DNA from: Azolla caroliniana | Lineage: Eukaryota > Plantae > Polypodiophyta | Reading direction: 5' to 3' | Length of the DNA: 64,000 nucleotides | Assembly: GCA_043228905.1 (NCBI GenBank) | Contig: JBHGNT010000013.1 | Span: 2,976,001 to 3,040,000, forward strand | Shown here: piece by piece, positions 11,308 to 22,801 of the stretch | Position numbering within the stretch: position 1 is the stretch's first letter | Layout: every line of letters starts with the position of its first letter | Position numbers and translations under genes: made by a program | Notes under the pieces: generated by a model | The model's input: only the letters and a program-made list of their open reading frames with translations | Database searches by the model: none | What the model was told of the DNA's origin: nothing

Positions 11308-14110
11308 TAAGCTTAGTCTTTTCTAATTAGCTATCCTACTAGCTAATTAGCTACTGGCAGCTAATGAGCTACTAGCTAATTAGCTATCCTAGTAGCTAAT
11401 TAGCTATGGTACTAGCTAATTAGCTAGTAGCATAGTTGTGTAAAAAAGCTAAATAGCTATCCTACTAGCTAATTAGCCACTGGCAACTAATTAGCTATCC
11501 TAGTAACTCATTAGCTACTGCCATAGTTGTGTAAAGTAGCTAATAAGCTATCCTAGTAGCTAATTAGCTATGGTACTAGCTAATTAGCTAGTACCATAGT
11601 TGTGTAAAAAACCTAATTAGCTATCCTACTAGCTAATTAGCTATCCTACTAGCTAATTAGCTACTGGCAACTAATTAGCTATCCTACTAGCTAATTAGCT
11701 ATCATAGTAGCTAATTAGCTATCATAGTAGCTAATTAGCTACTGCCATAGTTGTGTAAAGTAGCTAATAAGCTATCCTAGTAGCTAATTAGCTACTGGCA
11801 GCTAATTAGTTGTCCTAGTAGCTAATAAGCTATCCTAGCTACTACATAGTTGAGAAAGTAGCTAATTAGCTTTCATTGTAGCTAATTAGCTATCCTAGCT
11901 ACCACCATAGTTAGTAAAGTAGCTAATTAGCTATCCTAGCTACTACCATAGTTAGTAAAGTAGCTAATTATCTATCCTAGCTACTACCATAGTTGAGTAA
12001 AGTAGCTAATTAGCTATCCTAGCTACTACCATAGTTGAGTAAAGTAGCTAATTAGCTACCATAGTAGCTAATTAGCTATCCTAGCTACTACCATAGTTGT
12101 GTAAAGTAGCTAATAAGCTATCCTACTAGCTAATTAGCTACTGCCAGCTAATGAGCTACTTTACACAACTATGGTAGTAGCTAGGATAGCTAATTAGCTA
12201 CCATAGTAGCTAATTAGCTATCCTAGCTACTACCATAGTTGTGTAAAGTAGCTAATAAGCTATCCTACTAGCTAATTAGCTACTGCCAGCTAAAGAGCTA
12301 CTAGCTAATTAGCTATCCTACTAGCGAATTAGCTATCCTACTAGCTAATTAGCTACTGGCAACTAATTAGCTATCCTACTAGCTAATTAGCTATCATTGT
12401 AGCTAATTAGCTACTGCCATAGTTGTGTAAAGTAGCTAATAAGCTATCCTAGTAGCTAATTAGCTACTGGTAGCTAATTAGCTATCCTAGTAGCTAATTA
12501 GCTACTGGTAGCTAATTAGCTGTCCTAGTAGCTAATAAGCTATACTAGCTACTACATAGTTGAGAAAGTAGCTAATTAGCTTTCATTGTAGCTAATTAGC
12601 TATCCTAGCTACCACAATAGTTAGTAAAGTAGCTAATTAGCTATCCTAGCTACTACCATAGTTAGTAAAGTAGCTAATTAGCTATCCTAGCTACTACCAT
12701 AGTTGAGTAAAGTAGCTAATTAGCTATCCTAGCTACTACCATAGTTGAGTAAAGTAGCTAATTAGCTATCCTAGCTACTACCATAGTTGTGTAAAGTAGC
12801 TAATAAGCTATCCTACTAGCTAATTAGCTACTGCCAACTAATGAGCTACTAGCTAATTAGCTATCCTAGTAGCTAATTAGCTATGGTACTAGCTAATTAG
12901 CTAGTACCATAGTTGTGTAAAAAAGCTAATTAGCTATCCTACTAGCTAATTAGCCACTGGCAACTAATTAGCTATCCTAATAACTAATTAGCTACTGCCA
13001 TAGTTGTGTAAAGTAGCTAATAAGCTATCGTAGTAGCTAATTAGCTACTAGCAGCTAATTAGCTATCCTACTAGCTAATTAGCTACTGCCAACTAATGAG
13101 CTACTAGCTAATTAGCTATCCTAGTAGCTAATTAGCTATGGTACTAGCTAATTAGCTAGTACCATAGTTGTGTAAAAAAGCTAATTAGCTATCCTACTAG
13201 CTAATTAGCCACTGGCAACTAATTAGCTATCCTAATAACTAATTAGCTACTGCCATAGTTGTGTAAAGTAGCTAATAAGCTATCGTAGTAGCTAATTAGC
13301 TACTAGCAGCTAATTAGCTATCCTAGTAGCTAATTAGCTACTAGCAGCTAATTAGCTATCCTACTAGCTAATTAGCTAGTACCATAGTTGTGTAAAAAAG
13401 CTAATTAGCTATCCTAGTAGCTAATTAGCTACTGGCAACTAATTAGCTATCCTAGTAGCTAATTAGCTATCCTACTAGCTAATTAGCTGTTGGCAACTAA
13501 TTAGCTATCCTACTAGCGAATTAGCTATCCTAGTAGTTAATTAGCTACTGGCAACTAATTAGCTATCCTACTAGCTAATTAGCTATCATAGTAGCTAATT
13601 AGCTACTGCCATAGTTGTGTAAAGTAGCTAATAAGCTATCCTAGTAGCTAATTAGCTACTGGCAGCTAATTAGCTATCCTAGTAGCTAATTAGCTACTGG
13701 CAGCTAATTAGCTGTCCTAGTAGCTAATTAGCTATCCTAGCTACTACATAGTTGAGAAAGTAGCTAATTAGCTTTCATTGTAGCTAATTAGCTATCCTAG
13801 CTACTACCATAGTTAGTGAAGTAGCTAATTAGCTATCCTAGCTACTACCATAGTTAGTAAAGTAGCTAATTAGCTATCCTAGCTACTACCATAGTTAGTA
13901 AAGTAGCTAATTAGCTATCCTAGCTACTACCATAGTTGAGTAAAGTAGCTAATTAGCTATCCTAGCTACTACCATAGTTGAGTAAAGTAGCTAATTAGCT
14001 ATCCTAGCTACTACCATAGTTGAGTAAAGTACCTAATTAGCTATCATACTAGCTAATTAGCTATCCTAGCTTCTACCATAGTTTAGTAAAGTAGCTAATT
14101 AGCTATCCTA
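11300..14110. repeat. 2.8-kb satellite built on the palindrome TAGCTAATTAGCTA
   Basis: Well over 100 copies in ~20/40-bp units (e.g. TAGCTAATTAGCTATCCTAGCTACTACCATAGTTGAGTAAAG), with higher-order blocks. Confidence 0.98.
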
Positions 14111-14132
14111 AATAACTGTCATGTTATTGTAG

Positions 14133-14581
14133 AATCTTGTGGATTAAGGACGGCACATGATGTGTCTGGTGTTGATGATGCTGCAACAGATGAGGATACT
14201 ACTGCCAATGTGGCTGAAAGTAAGAGTCCTGCTATCACATCTCCTTCAGATCAGCTCCACCCTATTCTTTTGGAACAGTGTACTGAATTAGGCAACGATG
14301 TGAAATGCCATGAAATAGTGGAAACAACATGTAAAACTGAGGTTCACAACAACAGTGTTTATGAACACTTGATGCAACATTTCTTCGAGTCTCAAGACCT
14401 TGATTCCACCTCACCGAGCCCAACTACTGAAAATGTCCAAACAGATCCCTTTGTACTTGAAAAGCTAGTTCAAGAAATGGCTGATGTGCAATTAGCTGCT
14501 GAGGCGATGGGAAGGTTGTCGGAGGAGGACACACTTGCGCATTGGGTGAAAGAAGCAAGGCTAAATGGGGAACCAACCTGA
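14133..14581 (+). CDS. Acidic cargo exon of unknown function
   Basis: Open frame starts right after an acceptor (TTGTAG|) at the end of the satellite; 139-aa ORF. Confidence 0.4.
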
Positions 14582-14908
14582 AAAAGGGGCCACGATCGGG
14601 AACAAGACCAGTTACTCGGTCAAGGGGCCCAGACGTAGTGGAGTGAAATACTATTTAGTTGGATATGATTGTTAGCTTAGGGATTTTGCTAGGGTTTTAT
14701 GAAGTTTTACTATCCTGTTGGACAAGTAAAACCTCAGATTGGTTGTTGCTTGATCCACATTATGTAATGGAACTCTATGATGTTTTTCCAAGATAATTTG
14801 AAGAGTGTTGTTCTATGACTGAAACTCTTTGATGTTCAGGATATTGTTTTGTGAGACTATTAGTTACTTTGTGAGTGTGAATATGTTGGTGTTTTCTGAT
14901 GTTGCAGA

Positions 14909-15734
14909 GTCTAAAGGGTTTGATTCTATTGCTCGTAAGGCCAATGGCAGTGTGGATACTGTTGATGTTGCGGCATGTTTAAAGGGCCCCATCTTGAAAG
15001 TAGATGTAGCAACTGACACAAGTGATCTGGTCACACAAGTTGATCAAGCATGTAGCACGGATGACTTGGTGTTGCAGGTAGATGCAGCATGTAGCACGGA
15101 TGACTTGGTGTTGCAGGTAGATGCAGCATGTGATACCAGTGGACTGATATCGAGCAGATCAGTAGCTACATGCACCGAGGTAATCCAAGGATTGATAACT
15201 AAGTCGACAAAACAAGAGAACCAGAATGTGAAGCTAGGCCCAACACAGTCGACTAGGGGTTTAAAGAGGAAAAGGACGCCAGTTGTGTCAGCCGAACTTG
15301 AGCTGATTGAGATTGATCGTATCCTACCAGAAAATGGTGTAACAGCGGTTCAGTTTCAGGAATGGAAACCTAAACCACTAGAAGTCGAAAGAAGAGCCTT
15401 AATCTTGGAGCTTGATAAAGTCTTGATGAGTGTGACATATATGCAGCCAAGGAGGGACGCAAATCAGTTTCTAGAGTGGGCTGTGGAATACTTTGATTTG
15501 TGTATTTGGAGTGAAAAACCAAAATCAGATGTATGGAAGTGTTTGGCAAGATTCTTCCCAAAATGGCGAAGTCGTTTTAAAGGTCAATGGGCACGAGAAA
15601 ATTGTGAGCAAATGGAAGCTGCAAGATTCAAGAGACTTTCTGATTTTTGGGCTACTTGGCCTGAATATAATGCCGACAATACATTGATTTTGGATACAGA
15701 ACATTTCCGACACTACTTCAATATTCGGAGATGA
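14909..15734 (+). CDS. Cargo exon: 13-aa repeats plus FCP1/NIF-type HAD phosphatase-like domain (catalytic motif altered)
   Basis: ALILELDKVL (cf. LLVLDLDETL), RRDANQFLEWAVEYFDLCIWS (cf. RP..EFL...FDV.IWS), KRLSDFW..YNADNTLILD. Acceptor TTGCAG at 14903-14908. Confidence 0.65.
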
Positions 15735-16270
15735 TGTCTCATTCTACCCGAGGAAATGCTTGAACAGTACCTGGTGCAAATAGTGAGCTGCCAACTAGAT
15801 GCATTGTTGTGGACTCCATACCGAGCTCGATATGCGGATAATATATGTAGACTCGTTCCACTGACTAGCAAGAGCTTAGCTGTTTATAGGAGATTTGTAG
15901 ACATTTCCAATGGTAATTTATAAATATGTAAAGAGATGGCATTATTCAATGAAGAATTTAATTACTTGTTCCCACTGTACTTATCTACTGTGTAATTTGA
16001 GGAATATGTTGCAGATTGTTGATTTCATGCTATTGATGACTATTTAGCTATTGACAGCTAATTAGCTGCATTTGTACAGCTAATTAGCTACTGATGACTA
16101 TTTCGCAATAACTTATAACTTAAAACTTAACAAAAAAGACATGATTTTATTGAGAAAAAAGCACAGAAAGCAGACTGTATACAAGAAATTGATTCCAAAC
16201 GAATTTATTTAACTGTTTTCGCGAAATACATGTTTGTTTTACAAGAGAACATGGTAAGTGCTACTTGTAG

Positions 16271-19200
16271 CTACAAATTCCATGGCATACTATTGTAAAT
16301 ACATTCGTACACATTAGCACCAACAGTGTATAAACCGGAGCAGCTATTGTATTCTGACATTGGGACGTTGATGCACCTGACCAAATGAGAGTACATATAC
16401 GCCGCTGGTTTGTCTTCTAACAGCCTGTACACATATTCGTAGTCATCTAGTTTTGCATAAAAAATGCCTTCGATGTAGAATGTCCCGGCAGATACAAAAT
16501 TTCCCCATGCATCTACAATATTCTGCCTTGCACACTGTTTACTAACCGTGCACTTTAATATATAGAAATCAACACCCTCTGAATTGCCTTCTTCAGCATT
16601 TACAGCGAAGTTATCCCCAACGTTCAGGACATCACTCAAAGTATCTCCAAGTCCCTCATATGTGAAGTCAGCATTCTGCCCTGTTTCTCCATCAATTGCT
16701 TCCTTATCATTCAGAGTGTGATACTCCCAATTCTGAATGTATGCTTTGTTTAGACAATATCTCCAATTTCCCTACACACAATGGAAGCAAAAACAAGTCA
16801 ATTCTCTAACCGCAATACAATGACCATCCAACTTGGAATAACCGCGAACAGCATGCAGAGATCGCAATTCGGGAATTCCTTGGCACTCCCAGGTCTTCTC
16901 CCTATTTACTTCATCTATCTTCACTTCCCAAAATTCACGTTTGATATCTCGGACTTGCGAGGAATAAACACTTGTGGCACTCGTTGACATATTTGTTCTT
17001 AAAAATTCAACTACATGTGATGCACAATTCATGTGCACACCATCTGTCTTTAGTTGTTCATGGGTAAGTGCCCGCTTTATAACAGCCCCTGCACCATCAT
17101 GTTCACCTTTACCATGGCCAGACCCAAAAAAATTCCATCTCATCTCCAAACCTGTTATAGCAGGATACCTCCCCACAAAATAAAATGGACGTCGAGCCTT
17201 GAATTGTGACGCAGCTCCGTCAGACCAGACCCAATGTTGAGTAAGCTCCAAACGTTGAGCTAATAACCACTGCCAATGTAACTTAAAACAGTGTTGGATG
17301 AACAAGGTATCATGCTTCTTATCATCGGAAATAAAGAAATGAATTACTTTTTTAACATCACCTGAAACTCGAAAATATGTTATGTGCACAAAAATGGTTA
17401 CCTGAACTAAACACCAATGCATAGATTGAATTTCATTCTGCTGCTTGAAAGTATAATTCTCTGCGAAATCTACTACTGAGACTACTACATCATTTGGGAA
17501 ATCAGATATGCAAGTCTTAAACTGATGGGCCTGCCATGAATAAATGAAGTTGTGTTTAATGAACTTTCCTAGAGATACTACAAACAGAGACACCAAATCC
17601 CTTGGTTTAAGCATCTTCCGAACTAGATCCTTTCTTTTACACACCTTTCCTTCGAAATTGGTGTTCACTGACTCAAATAACTTCACAGAGATCAATATTT
17701 CACTACTCAATTCATTTGGACACCACCTAAATCTAGTAGGGCCACAATCTTGACATAAACCCATGACACATTTATGAATATGGAAGATAGCGTCAGTTTC
17801 TCTCGGACACAATATTGAATCTAATAAATAACTCATGGAAGAGATAACGTGCTCAGATGATTTACACTCCTCTTGCGGGCTTGATCGACAGATTGGGCAC
17901 CCACATGTGCAAACTGTATTAGTTAGGGATGCGCTATGGTGACGTAGTAGATTAACAGAGTCCTTCAGAAAACCCATCTGTACATGGTAAATGCAACAAC
18001 ATGTGTATCGATCCTTTAAGCGTCTCACAAAGTGTGGCTTAAGAGACTCGAATGTTCGTAGTTGAACTTTGATAGTTGGATGCATTCGTTTGAACCTAAT
18101 AAATAAATCGACCTGCGTAATAAAGGGGAATTAGTTATTCTCGTAACTAGCTAACTATCCTAGTAGCTAATTAGCTATTCTAGTAGCTAATTAGCTATTC
18201 TAGTAGCTAATTAGCTATCATGGTAGCTAATTAGCTGTCCTAGTAGCTAATTAGCTATCATGGTAGCTAATTAGCTGTCCTAGTAGCTAATTAGCTATCA
18301 TGGTAGCTAATTAGCTGTCCTAGTAGCTAATTAGTTGTCCTAGTAGCTAATTAGCTATCATGGTAGCTAATTAGCTGCTCTAGTAGCTAATTAGCTATCA
18401 TGGTGGCTAATTAGCTTTCCTAGTAACTAATTAGCTATCATGGTAGCTAATTAGCTGGTCTAGTAGCTAATTAGCTATCATGGTAGCTAATTAGCTGGTC
18501 TAGTAGCTAATTAGCTATAATGGTGGCTAATTAGCTTTCCTAGTAACTAATTAGCTATCATGGTAGCTAATTAACTGGTCTAGTAGCTAATTAGCTATCA
18601 TGGTAGCTAATTAGCTGGTCTAGTAGCTAATTAGCTATCATGGTAGCTAATTAGCTGGTCTAGTAGCTAATTAGCTATAATGGTGGCTAATTAGCTTTCC
18701 TAGTAACTAATTAGCTATCATGGTAGCTAATTAACTGGTCTAGTAGCTAATTAGCTATCATGGTAGCTAATTAGCGGGTCTAGTAGCTAATTAGCTATCA
18801 TGGTGGCTAATTAGCTGTCCTAGTAACTAATTAGCTATCATGGTAGCTAATTAGCTGGTCTAGTAGCTAATTAGCTATAATGGTGGCTAATTAGCTATCC
18901 TAACTAATTAGCTATCATGGTAGCAAATTAGCTGGTCTAGTAGCTAATTAGCTATCACGGTGGCTAATTAGCTATCCTAGTAAGCTAATTAGCTATCATG
19001 GTAGCTAATTAGCTTTCCTAGTAGCTAATTAGCTGGTAATAACGAAATAACAAACTAGCTACCATGATAGCTAACTAGCTTCCAGTACAACTAATTATCT
19101 GGTAGTACCTAAATTAGCTATTGAGAATAGCTAATTAGCTATCATGGTAGTAGCTATTGAGAGTAGCCAGTTACCTATGTAGTAGCTATCATAGTAGCTA

Positions 19201-20265
19201 ATTAGCTATCATGGTAGCTAATTAGCTTTCCTAGTAGCTAATTAGCTGGTAATAACGAAATAGCTAACTAGCTACCATGATAGCTAACTAGCTAGCAGTA
19301 CATCTAATTATCTGGTAGTACCTAAATTAGCTATTGAGAATAGCTAATTAGCTATCATGGTAGTAGCTATTGAGAGTAGCTAGTTACCTATGTAGTAGCG
19401 ATCCTAGTAGCTAACTGAGGTAAATGTAACTGATAAGCTAATTAGCTTTTCTGCTAACTGAGCTAATTAACTTTCCGAGTAGAGTCAAAACAAATGTTGA
19501 GATAAATGTAAATACCTGAGGTACATCAAGAAGATGAATGGGATGCTCCTCGTATTGATTTCTTCCAACACGTTTCCTGCATAAATCCTTTTTATTGGGT
19601 GAAACCCTACTCTCATTAGTCCAAAACATTGTGATTACATCCTTGATTTCAAATGTTATGGGTGTCATTGGCTTACATCTTGTAGTTAGCTTTAGTAGAC
19701 TAGTTCCTTCACCCGAGGAAATTATACGGTTCATTGTATTGTACACTATTTTTCTACTAACACCAATTACCTTAGATAGCTCACTGATGTTTATATCGTC
19801 AACATCACTATTAAGTAACATCATTAGACTAGACCTTTTTAAGACAAGATCATCTTCTGACCTGCTCATGGATACGAAACTATTACGAAGATTATTTACT
19901 AAAATAGATGATATGTTTGCATTAAGACCATCACAATCAACTAAGTCCTTTATCGATGGATCATTACATATTCCATAAAGTACTACCTTCTTTTCTTCAT
20001 TGCTGATGTGCTTGGTTTGAACATTGAAATATTCTACAACCTTTCTCTCTATGATGGTAGTCGCATTACTTACATTCTCAGCTAAACTATCCTTACCTTT
20101 ACTGAGTGAGGCTTTCGTATCCTTCAACAATTGACGATGTTTCCTTTTTTTTTCTGCCCAATAGTTTCGTATGGCTTGTTGTGTCCTGATAACATCATCC
20201 CTATCCTTATGATCATTGAGGGGTAATTCTAAACACCCTTCTTCCCCTTCCATTTGGCTGGACAT
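16271..20265 (-). pseudogene. Sola2-like DDD transposase, 2 exons (20265-19516, 18112-16271), ~863 codons with one in-frame TAG at 16772-16774
   Basis: Phase-0 GT-AG intron 19515-18113 joins ..LLDVPQ|VDLFIRFKRMHP... Catalytic-type motifs VVDFAENY, WSDGAASQFK, GHGKGEHDG and Cys clusters. Frame continues past the TAG into ORF 16271-16639. Confidence 0.88.
18140..19450. repeat. TAGCTAATTAGCTA satellite filling the transposase intron
   Basis: 20-bp periodic units (TAGTAGCTAATTAGCTATCA / TGGTAGCTAATTAGCTGGTC). Confidence 0.97.
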
Positions 20266-20598
20266 GTTAAAACCCTAAATTTCCAGAAAAAAAAACAAGT
20301 ATTAAAGATGGCTATGGGCAACAACAATACACAAAAATATTCCACACAATACACAAGATTAGACACAACAATACACAAGATAATCAATAGACAGAAAAGT
20401 TATTGCAATCCAAGACCGAACAGTAGAGGATTTCACTCCGTTGGATCCAACAGTTGAGGAGGCGATCCAAGACCGACCAATGGCAACAACTAAATGTAGA
20501 ATGTTGTCGTTGGATGAGTGAACTCCGTCAAATCGAAATGTGGAAGCAATCCGGGACTGGACAGTAGTGGCAACATAGTATAGAATGATGGCAATGGA

Positions 20599-21170
20599 GG
20601 AGAGAACCCCGTCAGATTGAACAGTTACCGATGATGCTTGAAACGCACATAGAAGGCACTTGAGAATAGAGTGGCACAGAGAAGAGAACCCCGTCAGATT
20701 GAACAGTTACCAATGATGCTTGAAACGCACAGTAGCGGCCCCTAAGTGAGAGTGGAAAAGAGAAGAGAACCCCGTCAGATTGAATAGCTCTTTGATTATG
20801 CTTGGAACGCACAGTAGCAGCCCCTGAGTGTAGAGTGGCAAAGAGAAGAGAACCCCGTCAGATTGAACAGCTCTTTGATGATGCTTGGAACGCACAGCAG
20901 CGGCCCCTGAGTGTAGAGTGGCACAGAGAAGAGAACCCCGTCAGATTGAACAGCTCTTTGATGATGCTTGGAACGCACAGTAATGGCCCCTGAGTGTAGA
21001 GTGGCACAGAGAAGAGAACCCCGTCAGATTGAACAGCTCTTTGATGATGCTTGGAATGCACAGTAGTGGCCCCTGAGTGTAGAGTGTCACAGAGAAGAGA
21101 ACCCCGTCAGATTGAGCAGCTCTTTGATGATGCTTGGAATGCACAGTAGCGGCCCCTCAGTGTAGAGTGG
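20599..21170. repeat. 83-bp tandem repeat (7 units) upstream of the transposase ATG
   Basis: GAGAAGAGAACCCCGTCAGATTGAACAGCTCTTTGATGATGCTTGGAACGCACAGTAGCGGCCCCTGAGTGTAGAGTGGCACA recurs every ~83 bp. Confidence 0.97.
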
Positions 21171-21500
21171 CGGCAGGTGGACTCGATAGGGTTTAGCAAC
21201 AGTGGTAGCAACTAACCCACAGTACTCAACTAGAGATGGCCTACGTGATGTGGCAAAGGATCATGCATAATGGACCTAGGAATTCGATATATAATTTATG
21301 GTACACATTTATGGTGCACACATCAATTTATGTTGCACATTTATGGCACTCATTTACATATGTAATTAAAACACTCTAGTATTTTCAATGGTAGTTTTTT
21401 GCATACTTAATTTATTAATGATGGCTTTTTACTAAAATGACTATTTATCAATGGTAGCTTTTTGCATAGCTAATTAGCTATGTCAAGGACATAGCTAATT

Positions 21501-21524
21501 GTTTCCACTCGTATGCTTTCACCC
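21501..21524 (-). repeat. Right terminal inverted repeat of the Sola2-like element
   Basis: GTTTCCACTCGTATGCTTTCACCC followed by TSD CTCT. Confidence 0.92.
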
Positions 21525-21528
21525 CTCT

Positions 21529-22529
21529 ATCAACGTCACTGTAGAGGAAGATGAGATGGTGCAGATCTATCTTGGGGGCCTAGCGTCTAAGTTTAGAGCG
21601 TTCCGAACGGCGGTATGTACAAGGGAGAATACGCCGTCATTTTTCGACTTACAATCAATGCTCCTTGTAGGGGAGAACCACGATGGTGTGTCAACAAGTG
21701 CACCCACCAACAGTCGGATGTTGTATACAGAGGCGGATCGGCCCTGTGGGCGTGGTGGATGAGGCGGGTTGGCTCGCAATAGTAGCGGCCAGCAAGAGCA
21801 AGACCAAAGGCACAAAGAATGTGCCGACAATAGTTCCGGACCCTCCACAAGCAGGGGGAGTCAAGGCGGCGCCGGAGGCCGACAAGCAAAGGCCGACACG
21901 GAATGCTGGTATTGTAGTAAAATGGGCCACAGAGAAAGCGAGTGTTGGAAGAAGCGCGCCGACTCGGACAGATCTAGATCCGGCAAGGCCGACAGAGAGA
22001 ACCGGCAATACTCGCACTATGCAGAAGGATCGGGAGGATCCAAAACCGGACAAGCCGGTAAAGGGCCAGCCTTGGTGATGAAACACGAGGCTAACTCAAT
22101 GCAGAAGACCACTTCCAAATCGGAGGAAGTGTGGTACGTTGACTCCGGTGCGTCGAATCACATGACGAGCCACAAAGAGTGGTTCTCTTTCCTGGAGAAA
22201 CCGGAACAACCGGGAGTTGTCGAAACCGGAGACGACACTCCTCACCCAATCATGCATGTCGGAGAAGTCCCTTTGAGCCATGTCGGACAGAGGGGGAAGC
22301 TGATGAACGTATTACACGTTCCCACTATCACGAAGAACCTGGTGTTGGTTGGACAGATTGCCGACCAGGGGATGCAGGTGCGGTATACGCAACTCGGGTG
22401 CTTCATCGAGGAAGAGGGCCAAATCATTGCGCAAAGGGCGCAGAAACGGGAGTATGTTTATCCTCGACACCAATGACGTCGGCACCGCTTTGTTCGCCAA
22501 AGGACAGAAGATTGAATAAGATATCGATC
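21529..22529 (+). pseudogene. copia B gag C-terminus (CCHC knuckle) and protease
   Basis: CWYCSKMGHRESEC; WYVDSGASNH. Confidence 0.92.
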
Positions 22530-22801
22530 TGTTAGGATTTCGGTCCCTCCGGATGGGATGATGAAGGCCCGGTGAGAATCGGGTCACGCAAACCCGGTGA
22601 GAACCTCTCACCGGATGAAGGGACATATATGTAAATATGTTTTTGTTTGTCCATCGTGGCTATATTTGTAAATAGCCCGAAAGTCATATTAGTATAAATA
22701 TGACCTAGGGCAAACACTTATGTGTAGTAGTTGTCATTATTGTCGCATACAGTTATTGGTGTAACTGTTGTACAGAGCGTTGCAGAAGAAAAGACAGAGA
22801 C

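Larger units (their letters stand above)
9537..21524 (-). mobile_element. Sola2-like cut-and-paste DNA transposon, 11,988 bp, with cargo gene
   Basis: TIR GGGTAAAAGCATGCGAGTGGAAAC vs reverse complement of the right end GGGTGAAAGCATACGAGTGGAAAC (22/24). 4-bp TSD CTCT (9533-9536 / 21525-21528). Excision restores copia B gag (..CDSLAS/INVTVEEDEMVQ). Transposase has DFAENY, SDGAASQFK and HGKGEHDG motifs. Confidence 0.9.

Noticed and set aside
11300-14110. Palindromic repeat with short variable spacers as a CRISPR-like array
   Set aside because: Spacers are only 5-27 bp and are themselves reiterated; eukaryotic TE context; no cas genes.
20599-21170. 83-bp array as a CRISPR array or tandem hammerheads
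   Set aside because: Whole units repeat with no unique spacers. TGATGA/GAAAC-like words lack a complete CUGANGA core with paired stems.
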